Program-made: the position numbers and the translations under genes
Source of the DNA: Octopus bimaculoides
Taxonomy: Eukaryota
NCBI RefSeq assembly: GCF_001194135.2
Contig: NC_068986.1
Span: 45,718,409-45,782,408 of the forward strand
DNA length: 64,000 bases
Direction of reading: 5' to 3'
Shown here: positions 25,301-40,225 of the stretch, piece by piece
How the letters are laid out: every line of letters starts with the position of its first letter
Position numbering within the stretch: the stretch's first letter is position 1
The notes under the pieces: generated by a model
Seen by the model: the letters and a program-made list of their open reading frames with translations, nothing else
What the model was told of the DNA's origin: nothing
The model's database searches: none

Positions 25301-28300
25301 TGTAAGCAGCTATTTGAGATGAACATGGGAAGCTTTTGACTTGTCTTAAATTGTCCTAAATTGGAGCTTATAATTCTAATACTATGAAATGATATGATGT
25401 TTTTTTTTTTATTAGTATCTATAACCATTCAGCTGACTTACCAAGAACACTGACCTTTTCTCTACCTCCTATTTTAAACTTCTCTGCTATCCACTTGTGC
25501 TCCTCATTGGTTTAACAGACTATTATATCTAACATACACTGAAACCAAAACATGTAAATGTCACAACTCACCTGGGAACTCCTTGTTTGTTCAAATCATG
25601 CATTTTCTGGACCGTCACTAAATATATGACAGTGACTTAAATTTACCAAAATAACCAAATTCAAATGACTTACTCAACTCTACAAACTTTGTGTTATTTC
25701 AATTTTGTTTCCTACTTAATCTGGAGGAGTTGCTTTGAAATATCTCTTAAGCCAACTTTATTATATTTGCCATGTCTTCGACTTTAGTTTGACTTCTAAC
25801 ACAAATTTCTCTGAATTACCTTTCACTTGCTTGCTTTCTATTTTTCCAGCTTAGCTCTACCAGCTATCACTTAACGTATTAATTTTAGTGTTAATTAAAC
25901 TATTAAAATGCACATTCTCTTTGAGTATATAAATACAGTTTCTCCTCTTCTCAAATTTTCCCTACTGCTACTAACATTTGAAAACTCAAGCTATGCATTA
26001 ACCTTACTAATCTCAGTTCCCTGATTATCCAGTTCAGGCAGATCCGAAGGAGATATGTGCATTGATCTCCCTGTTGTTCATATTAAACAATCTTCAAACA
26101 AATGATTGAAAAACTACATACAACTTCACTTTGAAGTACATTTTGAGCAAACATTTGCTTGTGTTCTGTGTATGTAATTCAACTGATATCATAAATTGCT
26201 ATTGCAGTTGCACTACCTGAGCTAACTCGGACTGAGCAGCAATGAGGATTTTATTCTTATAATATGGACAAGTTTAATCCTGTTAGCTGATTTCCTGTTA
26301 AGTATCATATAGTAACAATAATTGAAATACACACTTGCAATTTTCTTTTCTAGTACTCCTTCCATTCACAAATACGTGGCATGCCATGTAGCCTTTCTTG
26401 CAAGGAGAGTCTGTATCTGACAAAAAGAATGTAGAAATAACATGAAACAAATGATAAGACTGTAAAAGTGGTAACAAGCATATTTTAAAGACAAAAATCG
26501 TAAAAATGTGACATGTCTACATTTCCTAAGAGTATTTATATTGTACATAAAATGAAACAATTTGAACAAGACACCAAAAAAATTAAATTCAAATTGGAAC
26601 AGTAACAATGGCACTTTAAGCTACAATAGGAACAATTTCTTTCAAATTAGAAATATTTTTATTTGGTTTTTATGTTGTAAGAACCTTAGAAAATAAGGTA
26701 AGCTGCTGCAAGTTCAGACTGTGACATTGTTTTGATTGTCAAGAGATGTTAATGTTAGCGCACTTCCTTTACAGTACTTTACTAATATCCACTTGAAAAA
26801 GACACCAATGTTACATTATGCATCCTAATGTTGCACTTTTCATACCATTTACTACTTAAACTAAAGTATAGAGTCTTCATATTAAGTTCAAAATGAAACC
26901 ACAATTTTGCATTATTCAATATATTCATTATGGCACCAGTAAAGTGCATTAGTGTCTTCTTTTTAAGAGGCCCATAAGTAATCACAAATGGTATACTTGG
27001 GGAGAATCACTAGAATATTGTCTTCCCCATGGAAATTGATTTTATGATTAGTGAAAAGAAATTAATGCTTGTCATTCAATTTCAATGGGATATGTTGCAT
27101 GAATAAGTTGCCTTCAACAGCTACTGAGAATTTTTTCTGCTCCCAGATTCTACAAAACACCAATCTTGTCATTTTAAACTAACTGATTTTTTCATCATAG
27201 CAATTCACATATCTAAGTGATTTTAATTTTAAATGCCTAACGTTCATATGAGACATGGAGTAGCTTTGTGATGTCCTGATTTATGCAACCTGGATTTGTT
27301 TTATTAATATTTCAATATTTAGGCTGGCTTGAACATTTACAGTCTTTCAGATCAAAATTTCCACTCCTAAGCCTAGTGTACGACTTCTGTTGTGAACAGT
27401 CCTCTCACATATGGAACCATCGTCATAAACTTCACATATCTTGTTAGCTGTTTGTACAGGATTTTTTTCTTTCTGGGAGCAAGAGAATGGTAAATGACAA
27501 AATATAACTTATTTTCTTCTGTTTTACCTTTTAACATAGAAATAATAGAAATAAACTTTGTACACAGTAGTTATATAAAAAAGTTGTGTTGAAATGCCAT
27601 CTTTCATAAAATATGTGTCATGCTTCTGCCGCATGAAAAACAAAATCATTGTGTTTAAACCCCACCAAATGAAAAAATGGTACAAACTTTATTCCAACTC
27701 AATGTAATATTTTCAGAAATATAATATTTTATCAGTGTTAGATGATCATTCATCATTATTTGATGAGTAAATTAAAGTTCTATAAGTATTGCTTTTATAC
27801 GCGTAATATTAACTATTAGGTTGTCTGGAAAGTTCCGAGCATTTTTAATATACAAAAATGGGATATAAATAATTAACCTTTCACTAAATTGTATTCAATG
27901 AAATAATTTCCATTATTATTAATGACCTTTGCCCATCTGTCAGGCAACTTAAATATTCCACTAGCATAAAATTTGACTGGTTTTGAAGAAAAAAGTTATC
28001 TAGATGCATTTTGACTCCATCTAAATTGTTAAATGTTTTTCCTTGAGTTCTGTAGAGACAAAAGCAAGTGGTATCTGGTTGGTGCAATGTCAGGAGAATA
28101 TGATGGAAGGGGTAAGAGATCCCAGCCAAGTTCATGTAACTTTGTTTGAGTAGCCAAAGACATGTGGTCTGGCATTGTCTTGTTGAAACATCACCCTTTT
28201 CCTGTCGGTCATCTCAGGCTTCAATTCTTTGATTTTTTTATGATTAGTGAAAAGAAATTAATGCTTGTCATTCAATTTCAATGGGATATGTTGCATGAAT

Positions 28301-31300
28301 AAGTTGCCTTCAACAGCTACTGAGAATTTTTTCTGCTCCCAGATTCTACAAAACACCAATCTTGTCATTTTAAACTAACTGATTTTTTCATCATAGCAAT
28401 TCACATATCTAAGTGATTTTAATTTTAAATGCCTAACGTTCATATGAGACATCAGAATTAATGATCTGGTTTTGTGGGAGCTTTCTGGCATGGATATTTG
28501 TCTTTGATTGCTGTTTTGAGGGATCCTTACACAAACCCCAGAATCTTTTTCACAGTACGTTTTCATACACAATCCATTTTTCATCTCCAGTCACAAGTTG
28601 TTTCAAAAAATCATGCTTTCATTCCGTTTCAAAAGCATATCACAAATGGAATACTGGTCCAATTCTTTTCTGAGAGTTTGTGAGGAACCCATACATTGCA
28701 GTGAGAAATGTATTCTAGCTTCACTAGATGTTCATGAGCTGTACTTTTAGAAACTTCCAACTCCTCTGCAAGTTCTTTAGTCGTGATATTTGAGTTTTCT
28801 TTGATTTTTGCCTTCAAAACATCTTCCAATTTTGAAGGTCTTCCACTGTGACTGTCATCTTCCAAGCTATATTCTCCAGCTTTAAATTTTGCAAACCATC
28901 CTCAAACATTTGATTCACCTACAACATCATCCCCATAAACTTCACAATTGCTTTTGCAAGTTTTCGCAAAACTTTCTCCTTTTTTAAAACAGAAAAGCAT
29001 TACAACGCAAATATGAAATTTTTGGCTATCCATTTCAAATGTCAATAAAGGGTAACCAGAATGACAGATAAATCTATCTTTAGTCAGGAACAAAGAAGAG
29101 ATGCCCTACTACTTCAAGCAACACCAAAGCTTTAACTGTGTTACGTTTCAGGTGTGTTCAATGAGGTATTAAAAGATTTAGCTTAGAAATGCTCAGAACT
29201 TTCAGACAATTTAACATTTTAAGAACTTGAAGGTTGGTGACTTTGTCTTGCCAATAATGGAATTAATGATAACCACTTGAACAAATAGACCGCCCTGAAC
29301 TCTTATGAAAATTCTTCATTCACTTTCTGTTCTTTCTGACATTAAGGTATGTGATTTATATTATATCTTGGCTACTGTGTGGATTAAAATCTTTATTGAA
29401 AGATTACTAGTATATCATTGCAACTACTAAATTAAAGTCTACTAATTTAGATGGGTGAAATATTGTAATATCACTATGTTATAGTGGTTAGCTGCACCAA
29501 AGCTAACTATGTGGTTTACTGTAGATGTGATATTTGAATCTCATTGACAGTTTCACAACTTTTTCTGTCTTCTACATTAGATATATATAATGGAATATCC
29601 TGAACACTGTGTGAAGTGAGGTCCCTGTTGATAAGTAACTGGTATTCCATTGTAGTCACTTAATCTAAGTGTACTGATTTTGTTGTTCAAAAGTTGTGAT
29701 GTCACATTGATGTAGTGTTTAACTACAGCTATACTGTTTATAGTATATGAGGTATTCAGATCCTACAGATGTTACAAATTTTCCCATCTTCTATATTAGT
29801 TACATATTTTGTACTTGATGAAAAACAGAATGTTGATTATTAATAGGGGATGATTTGCTGTCTGTATTGAAATGTCATTAATATGTTTTGAGTTTTATTT
29901 ATTGAGAGATACATCATGTTGTCTAGAATTTATATAAAAAATAAACTGTATTATTTTGTGCTTCCTCTTACTTCATCTTTAAAAAAAAACTTGTGAGCAT
30001 ATTATTTGTATCTAATGTGAAAAAAATTAACTTTTAAATTGATATATTTGAAGAAGTGCTATGTAGGCTCAATATAACTAAAATTGTATGATTATTATGA
30101 TGTTTCCTGAATATTATTATAAAGTGAGTTCTCAAAACAGAGTGAGAGATTAGTGATTTATGGAAGTGAATGCAAGACATCAGTTACTCCATCATCAAAT
30201 AAAAAAAGTGAATTTTATTTAAATGCTTAGAAGCTTACCACATTTTAATTTCTTGTATTCTATTTCCATGTCGCTTGACATGTTGCAATTCCGTGTTTCT
30301 AATCTTGATTTATATGATTTCAATTTACTAAAAAATATATTGCAATTAAAATAGAAATTTAAGATTTTATTTTACAAAAGATTAGAAGAAATAGTAATGC
30401 TGAGAACAAAGGACCTGACTGCATCTTCTGAATCTGACAAGTACTTGCCATGTAGTAGGTGTGATTCATACAACTGTACTTTCCCCCTAAATATTTGTGA
30501 CTTTGTGCCCATTCCAGAAGTTAAATATTGTTAATAGTGAATAGAAGTTATCAGTGAATAGAATAAGTGTGCACAAATAGGATTATTATAAAAGAATAGC
30601 AATGTAAATGTACCATTTCAACAATGTACCATTTCAAAAGAGGAAAATAATATCTTATATTCATTTAAAACTAAATAATTTTAGGCTACAATACATGGCA
30701 TAATTTCCTCCAGAAGATGTCATGTTCTTGCTGTATCAATTTTCAGAGAAGTGAGAATGAAATACCATCCACAACAGCATCAGGACAAAATTAAATACTG
30801 AATGTCTTTAGGTTTAGTGATCAATTATTTTTCTACTAATTGAAGCATACTACTGTTCTGATAAGCATAATTTAAGATTGATGGCAATATCCTGATGAAA
30901 TATTTAATATACTCAGATAATTATTTGATAAATTGAGGAACAAAAATTAATTCCTACAAACACTGTAGTTAGTTTATCTGGAGAACTCTTCAACAAAAAG
31001 TAAACAGATTTCTTTAAGGAAAAAGTCCATGGATGAAATGCAATAACTGCCATTGAAAAATTGCACCATTATACAATTCATTGTAGAAATAAACTAGATT
31101 CGAAAGTTTTCTCACCACTGTAATTTCTCTATTCTCTTGAGGATTTTATCCTTAGTAGGAGGTGAATTGCAATTTTAGAACTTATATTCTTCTCAGTGGA
31201 ACATAAAAATATTTGTAATCATCTGTTAAAACATATCCATTGTATTGTGTCTCCAATTTAACTCTCCATGGTATTTTACACAACAAGGTAGATAGTAAAG

Positions 31301-34300
31301 TTAAGTACCTTGCTTGACTAAGAATCCTTTGTATGTTTATAGTGGCATATAAAGCCGTGGGTATTGTTAACGATTTGCAGAGCTAATTATACATCAATAA
31401 TTGATAAGAAATATTTTATATATAATGCATGTTCAATGTAGAAATGATATCCTTAGATAATATCAATTTCTTAGAGTCATGTGTAAATTTTGTACAAATG
31501 ACTGCAAGTTCAAACCTCTAGATAAACTCATTACACTTAAGAGAGGTTTTTATACTGACAAGAGAACAGCATGACAGTAAAATTAAAAGCATGAAAGTAA
31601 AATCAAAAGCTCAAAGTATTTAGCATTATGAAGGCAGAGGTAACATAAGTGGTGCAGTGGGATACTTAATCAATCTCTAGAAATACTGCACTTGACATAT
31701 CAATTATGTGATAAACTATAGAATAAGGAGAAATATGTAGTACTTTGTTCTATTAGTCTCTCATTGGTTTCAGGCCATGATGGAGCACAGATATTAGCTT
31801 TCACTCTTGATTATTTTAAACTAATTTTCTGGCTTTGTCTCAGGAATTGGTCCAGTTAAGTAGTGAGTTGGACAGAGCTGCCCTTCTTTGCATTTGTTGA
31901 TGTGATGTGGGTTCATCTGGTATATCAGATAAAAATTTGCACAATTGTTCTTTGAACACACCCACTGCTACACACCATAGATAACTGAGGCTTTTAAGTA
32001 AAGTTTTGAAAAGTTGTGGGCTTTTGAATTCTAAACTATTACAGTATCGGGTTGTTACTTTGGATGGAGAAGGTTAAATCTTTGGTACTGTGCAGTGGCA
32101 TCCAGTCTGGTGATTGGTATAGCTTTCAATTCCAAAGTTGGGTGATAGACCTTCCAGGATCTTCAATATATACATATCACTGCATATCATTTATGCCTTC
32201 TCTCCAAAAGTCTTAGCTCTTTCACTCTCTCTCAGTACATCAGCTGCTGCACCAAGGCAATATTGTTGATCTTGTGTTTATTTTTTAAATGCCACATTCA
32301 TAAGTCTAACATATGCCTATAAATTGAAATGTTAACATTTTTTGTAAGCATATAAAAAAAAAAATGGAAAAATGGAAAAATGCTTCCCTGACTCTTATCT
32401 CAAAAAGTGCAAGTTAGAAAAATGTTTTACTAAGTGAAGAGTTTTTGAAAAGAATGGGCCCATTTATGATTGATGACAGTTATTAATCTTCACTTTTGTA
32501 ATATTAAAATCTTATTGGGTTTATGTTCAATGATATGTAACAATTATTTTCCCTAAAATCTAGCATAAATCATAACAAATACATTGAGGAGCTAAATTTC
32601 ATTATTTGAAATATAACACTAGTATTTTATTGACAACTAATTCACTAACACGTTTTCCATGTTCTACTGATGAACACTTCTCTTATAATATTGCATTAAA
32701 CATATCAATGTACTTAGATAACAATAATTACTTACTCGCATTTCTCTTTACCTGTGTTGTTATCAGTGAAACTTGGTTTTGAAACTTCATAACAAAGTCG
32801 TTCTGTGATTGGAATGGATTATAAATTTACACATCAGAAATACAACTTAATTTGAACACTTTCTTAGCAACATGTTAACTTTGTAAAAGTAACATCCTTT
32901 CAATAAAAAATATTGTACTTACTTTCTCCCCAAAAGCAACATCTTTACTGAAGAAAGAATTCAACAATCACAAAATCCTTTTTGTCAACTAATAACTTGC
33001 TTACAGTCTTCAAGCAATACCTTATAATCATTTACTGCTGTAAGTCTATACATAACAAGATCATAAGGACATATAGGCCATCACATGTCATACAAACCAG
33101 AGTATAACTGACAAAGTGACCCAGACAATGCGATCAGTATTCTGCAGTTTTATCTGGCATACTTTCAACTGGTGCATAGAATGGCTTGGATAGAAAAGAA
33201 GAGAAAAAAGAGTACTGCATGATATATTTCTCTTGTTTCTTCATTCAACAAGATGGAGTTAATAAGGAATACTCTCCGTAGTTGCTTAACCGACTAGAAA
33301 TAATAACCAAATATTTCATTAACCACTCCCTCTTATTAATAAAATGAAAACTATAACTCATAATATAATGCTAGATACACACTACGTCCCCATCCCTCCA
33401 AAAGTGAACTAATAATGTATAGATTACTTTTGATTGTAGGTAATAAGTGCAATCAGTACTGGCCTGGGGCTAAACAACAGCAATAACATTTAGAAGAAGA
33501 AGAAAAAGTTGATGATTTTAGTATAAAATCATTATCCTGCTATTTTGCATTCTTTAGCCTGTACCATAACAATAATAACTAGTTTTATTTACAGTAAATA
33601 CTAGTTCCACAAAATAGAGAAAATAATACAATGTTCATTAAAATAATACAATGATCATTAAAATAATACAATGTTCATTAAAATAAAAACTAATATCTCA
33701 GAGAAAACCATGAAATAAAGAGAGAAACTCCTTGATTCTCAAACCTTGACAGATATTCTAATAATCTGAAAGTCAGAACAAAATCTTGAAATTGACTGTA
33801 ATATGAATGTCTGAAAGCCATTGATTGCTTTTTTACAACAATCATTACACATTTACACACTTCCCCACTGATGCAATTGGTTACACTTTTTCCTTCATGG
33901 TGCAAGTAATGGTCATGACATTTCTTTTGCCTCATTTTATACAACTTTGACCTTAGACAACTTCAAAATTTCCTATTGTTATTCTTTCACACATTGAACA
34001 AGTTCTACCAAAATGAAAAACATTATCCATAATATTGCAACAACTATAGTAATGCATTGAAGCAAGAAACCTAAATGCAAAGTTTCTCATTGGATTTATT
34101 CAACCTTCTATCATCAAATATACTCCCTGTTTTGAAATAGAAGCTCTTTTGTCGTATTGCTATTAAACAATGGAAACTTATCTCTTCAATCAATCTGAAA
34201 ATACATAAAGAATTCCAAATGTAACCAAGATGAGTTTGTAATGTTTTAACCTGATCATAATATTTCATAATATCTCTCTTTCCTCATCCCTACCAGAATA

Positions 34301-37300
34301 ACTCCAGAAAGAGTATACTGAATAAATTACTTTCTTTACTTTCAAACCACTCACATAATATTTATAGAAAGTATAAGATACTTAAAATACTCCATGACAG
34401 GTATTAATATTGTCAAGTCTCTCTTCCATTTGATATACACAACTTCAATTTATTTTTAACTTCCTAAAATATGAACAACTGATTCACAGAACTCTAAAAA
34501 GAGAACAACAAGGCAAAGATTTTGCATGACTAATTATCATTGTCATTTTGCAACAAATCTCTGGAGGGTCAAAATGATTAGGATAAATAAGAAACATCCT
34601 CTCTACACCATAAAACCACTGAATATCGTGATAAAATTTTACAAAGTGTAAGATATATGAAACAAAATAAAATACCAAAATATTAGAGATGCAATGGTAT
34701 GGTTAAATTTGTATTTCTTACTTAAGCTCAGGTTGATTTGTACTTGAAATTAAACTTAAAATAAAGGATTATGCTAGTTGTTTCTACTAATCAGTCTAGT
34801 AGCAACTGATCATGTATAACCTGACGAAAAGATATAACTACAGCTGAATTTAATAAAAGTAAATATTCATAAAAACTAAGATTGTATTATAATTACAACA
34901 ATTAACAAGTATATTTAAGTAAAATTTCGTCAAAGGCATTCCAACTAAGAAATAATGTGAAAACTGGGATCTTTTTTAAAACGGGGGCCACATTTTTCAT
35001 TAACGAAACACTTTGAAACTTGGAACACTGGTAGAATGTGTCATATAAAACATCTTTTTCTCTTAGTCTTCTTAAAAAAAAAAAGAAATCCATAAATTAT
35101 TCCATGTTAAAGTTGTCGTATTTCTGTAATTTCAACCAATCACTGACGTCCATTCAGCCGATATACATTAAGTGCCGACTACATAAACAAACGATTCTGA
35201 AACAATTAATCCTAACCCTAACCCTAACTCTAACNNNNNNNNNNCAAATTTAAAATGAAAAAAGCAAATAAAACGAAGAATCGTTTGTTTATGTAGTCGG
35301 CACTTAATGTATATCGACTGAATGGACGTCAGTGATTGGTTGAAATTATCGAAATAAGACAATTTTTTACATGAAATAAATTCGAATACAAAAATATTTT
35401 TCTGTTCTATAACACAAAATAGATAAGTATACGAAGTTTGAAAGTCTTTCGGTACCAAAAACACTACGTAAAACATTAATGAAAAATGTGGCCCCCGTTT
35501 TAAAAAAGATCCGAAAACTGAAAATAAACTACATTAAAAAACACAAAAGAGACAAATGTTTGCAATAATTACACATAAAGGCAGAATTGAAAATGAAACC
35601 GGGCTGAATACAAAAACAGACTTGGGTATCCCTACTAAGCGAAACAAATATGTAAATGTTTAAAAGTCAGTTGTGTAATGCCATGGGCTAATTTTTGATA
35701 TGATAATGGTAGTATCGTAAAAAAGGGAAATTTTACATGCATCTATATGTATGTATTCGATTGAACAGATACAACTACATTCATAAATTTCCCTTCCGTA
35801 AAATTTCAAAAAGTAATTTTTGTGTACTTTTTGAAATGATTGCAATTTGTAATAACTCACATATATACAGGGTGCATCAATAATTTGAGGACAATTTATA
35901 ATTTAAGTAAAACAAACATATTTGATAAAACAATATAATTTTTTTTTTAGAATTAGGTATACACATTCATACATATACATCGCAAAAATATATTCAATAA
36001 AACCGTCATCAGCCTCATTAATGTCTCGATACAGCTCCTGAAAGGACTAAATGTGTTGATCAGGTGATTTTAACCGATATCGACCTTAATGTCCCCAATA
36101 GCAGGCATCATAGAGTCCTTCAGTATTGGTGGGCATTTTTGTTAGCCTCTCGTTTAACGACACTCCTGTCGTAGTACTCTTGAGGTGGAGTGAAGTAAGG
36201 TGGACGAGGAAACCAAATATTAGTGGATCATGAAAATGTTCGGCCATTCACTCTTTAGTCTTGCAGGTTGTGCAAGAGGGAGCAGAATGTTGCTGGAATA
36301 CGTACACCCCGCCCCAAGCATCTCCTTGATCCAGGCCTTGACACGTTTCCAATGACTGGATGTAGATTGTTGCATTGCTTCTAAGATCTTGCAGGAAAAA
36401 GTGAGGTGCCCTCATTGATCATGACCCCGAAGACCATCCCAGACGATAGGAACTTGGTGTACATAACAGTGGGGACTTCAGTGAGGCTGGCACAGAACCA
36501 TCTATCATTTCTTCTGTGCACTTCATGATCTTGGACTAAGGTCTTCTCACCCAAAGCATATCGGACTCCTCGGAGAGCTTGAGTTTGTTCAGCAAACGAT
36601 TCGACCGTACAACATGGTTTTCCTGCGTCTTTTCGGACATGAATCACCCTTTTCTCATAATATGGGGTTTTTACCCGATGTCTTCATGCATAATACGTCT
36701 AATGGAGATGATTGGCAATGGGTCTCACTGGCTTCACGGTAATCTCCTTGATGATGCTCTGAAGAAACTGAACTTTTCTGACAACGTCTGACCGTTGAGA
36801 ATATGTTATTATTTTGGCCACCGAAGACACATTTCCGCTAGAGGACTAGAGCTATTTTCTATTCTTAAACAAGAAAGATCTGGTGACATTTAAGAAGGGT
36901 GCAATCTGAGAATCACAGTAGTTGGCAACTAAAACGAGGAGGACGGCATGCCTTTTCATTGTATACATTAGTTATGAAGCTTTTTTGTTGGGAGTAGTAT
37001 AAAGAAAGGATAAGTTTGGATCACTTGTCGTTCTTAAGAGTTTGGGTTTCAAATAGCTGACTCACCCTGTACATGTTTTCTATTAAGAAAAGTACCTTTT
37101 CTTCAATGCTAACATAATAACTTCATAAATTTAGTCTGTTCAGTTATAATAAGAAGCTATAATTATTCTTTCTAATTTTGGCATAAGGCCAGCAATTTTG
37201 AGGAGAGGGGACAAGCCGATTACATCATCTCCTGTACTGGGCTGTTAATTATTCTGTTGACGTCGAAAGAATGAAGAAAAAAGTCGAGTTCGGTGGAATT

Positions 37301-37772
37301 TGAACCCAGAACGTAGAGACAGGAGAAATGCTGCAAAGTATTTTGTCAAATGCGTTATTGATTCTACCAGCTCGATATTTAATAACTGACTTTTTAGCAT
37401 ATACATATTGGTTTCGCTAATCCAGTATACCCAAATCTATTTTGTGTTTTTCCCCGTATTGGTTTGCTTTCATCATCAATCCAACAGTTACATGCACATA
37501 AAGCCCATCTCCATTGAACAACAACGATAAAGAACAGTGAACGAAAGAGAACAAATCCTTAAACAGTATTCATTAAACAATACGGCTGTACTTTTCTAAA
37601 TTTTGCTTTAAAAAAAAATGCTACTCACCGCAAGTATTTTCTTTGTAAGTTTTCTGCCATTCAGTTGGCATTCTACATGTCCCGTTAGTATAACTTCTTT
37701 TATTCAAAACACAATGATATTCGCTCATCAGATTCCTGATGGAGAGTAAAAGTATGACTAAGTGTTATATAT

Positions 37773-37832
<60 letters not shown>

Positions 37833-40188
37833 GGGGGGTTCAAAAAAGAAAAACGACAAAAAATAACAACGCGAGGACGTGATACAGATATTGTGTTACT
37901 GGACGCTCAGGAATTCTTCACCGAGCGTCCAGTAACACAATATCCGTATCACGTCCTCGCGTTGTTGTTTTTTGTTGTTGTTTTGTCGTTTTTCTTTTTT
38001 GAACTCACTATATAACGCACGGTCACACGGATCCCGGCCTTTCGACTGAACTTGGAGCACCCAATTCCTGGAATTCTTCTACCTTCAGATTACTGTTCCT
38101 GTTGGATTACTGCTTCTACTCACTCGGATTACGCCATTCCTGCACCTTGATTATATATATGTATATATATATATATATGTGTGTGTGTGTATATATAAAT
38201 TCATACAGTTTCTGCGGGATTACTCGTAGCGCACGTGGGTAATTGAGGAATGATACGATTTTCTTGCTCGTCTATATGAATACGAAAATGCTATTCTTGG
38301 ATAATCGTTTGATGTCGCTTGATCGAATTAATTATCCTTTTATTAACATTCTCGGATTTATAATTTTGAAATATTGCACTGATGAAGGAAGTAAGTTCGG
38401 GTAATATAATTTACACCTCTTTGATCATGAAACGCGTCTGCAATTAATCGGGTAGATTCGTTAATTTTTCTTTTTTGCCTTTGTAGTTGCGAGTATTGCT
38501 GTTGGGAGTTGTATTTTGCTAGTGAAATAGTAGTTTTGACTGCTATTTCTAATTTTCGGTGTGTGGTGAAGCAATGCTCGCTCAACCCTAATTTTAATTA
38601 TATATATCTTAATATATATAATCCGTTCTGTCTGTCTGTTTGTGAATTGATAACTCGAGTATTGTTCACCTGATCGCTCTGAAATTTTAAAAATGGATAC
38701 ATGACGGAGCTAGTTTCAAGGTGAGACTCGCTATTTTTGTAATCTTTTTGTCCTGTTTGTTCTACCATTAAAATCAATCAGTTGCTAAGACAAGCGGCAC
38801 ACACGCACGCACGCACGCACATACACACACACGTCCATTTCATATAGACGTACATACATCTGTTACTTTCTTTATCTGTTCTTTTCGCTTATCTTCAATC
38901 AACTACCGTAAAAGTTTTATAGTATTACGTCACATTTTCTAAATGTGTGTGTGTACCTTCACTCACTCACTCTATCTCTCTTTCTCACCCTCTTTCTCTG
39001 TCACATACACACGCGCAAGCACGCACGCGTGCGTACACACACACAAACACACACACGTCCATTTCATATAGACGTACATACTTCTTTCACTCGTGGAGGC
39101 GCAATGACCCAGTGGTTAGGGCAGCGGGCTCGCAGTCATAGGATCGCGGTTTCGTTTCCCAGACCGGGCGTTGTGAGTGTTTATTGAGCGAAAACACGTA
39201 AAGCTCCACGAGGCTCCGGCAGGGGATGGTGGCGAACCCTGCTGTACTCTTTCACCATAACTTTCTCTCACTCTTCCTGTTTCTGTTGTGCCTGTAATTC
39301 AAAGGGTCAGCCTTCTCACACTGTGTCACGCTGAATATCCCCGAGAACTACATTAAGGGTACACGTGTCTGTGGAGTGCTCAGCCACTTGCACGTTAATT
39401 TCACGAGCAGGCTGTTCCGTTGATCGGATCAACTGGAACTCTCGACGTCGTAAGCGACGGAGTGCCATCAACAACAACTTCATTCTCGTTCTCTCTCACA
39501 CACACACAATCACACGCACGCGCGCGCGTGCGTTTCTAACTCACACGCGGCGCACGCGCGTTTCTAAATGTAACTGCTCATTTACAATTTATGTTGGTGA
39601 TGACAATATCGTGCCAAAAATTCTTTTTAAGCGTTCTGGTGTTTTGTTTTTTAAAAAACAATATGGAGAGCTTGCAAAAATCATTGAGGTAATGTTTCTA
39701 TTTAATTTTATTAGGTTTTATTGAATTTCAAAATTTCTTGATAGGATGCCTCGAAGAAGGAAGAGTAAACTTGGCAAAAAAAAAACAAGAAATGCTTTTG
39801 CACTGCGTTCACTGCATGCAAGCGAGACAGCTAAACAAGCTGAACACCAGCATGCACGCGCTGCTGCCTCTACGTTGATGGTTAGGGCTTCAGAAACACC
39901 CGAACAAGCTGACCGTCGGCGTGCACGACATGCTGCCTCTACGTCGATGGCTGGAGATTCAGAAACATCTGAACAAGCTGGCCGTCGGCGTGCACGCGAT
40001 GCTGCTTCCAAGTCAAATAGCCGTGCTACAGAAACAGTTAACAGTTTTAGCGTCTCAGGAATATTTAATGCCTTAACCAACGTAACACAGTCCAAGTTAA
40101 CTCTCTTCACCTATACAAACCGTCCAATGGACGGCGGCTCGTTTGCTAGTATATATATATATATATATATATATAGTGAAATTCTTCA

Positions 40189-40225
<37 letters not shown>

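Noticed and set aside
33690-33944. Cys-containing minus ORF ([18 protein letters not shown])
   Set aside because: No convincing acceptor; the available phase-1 donors create TAA when joined to exon A4.
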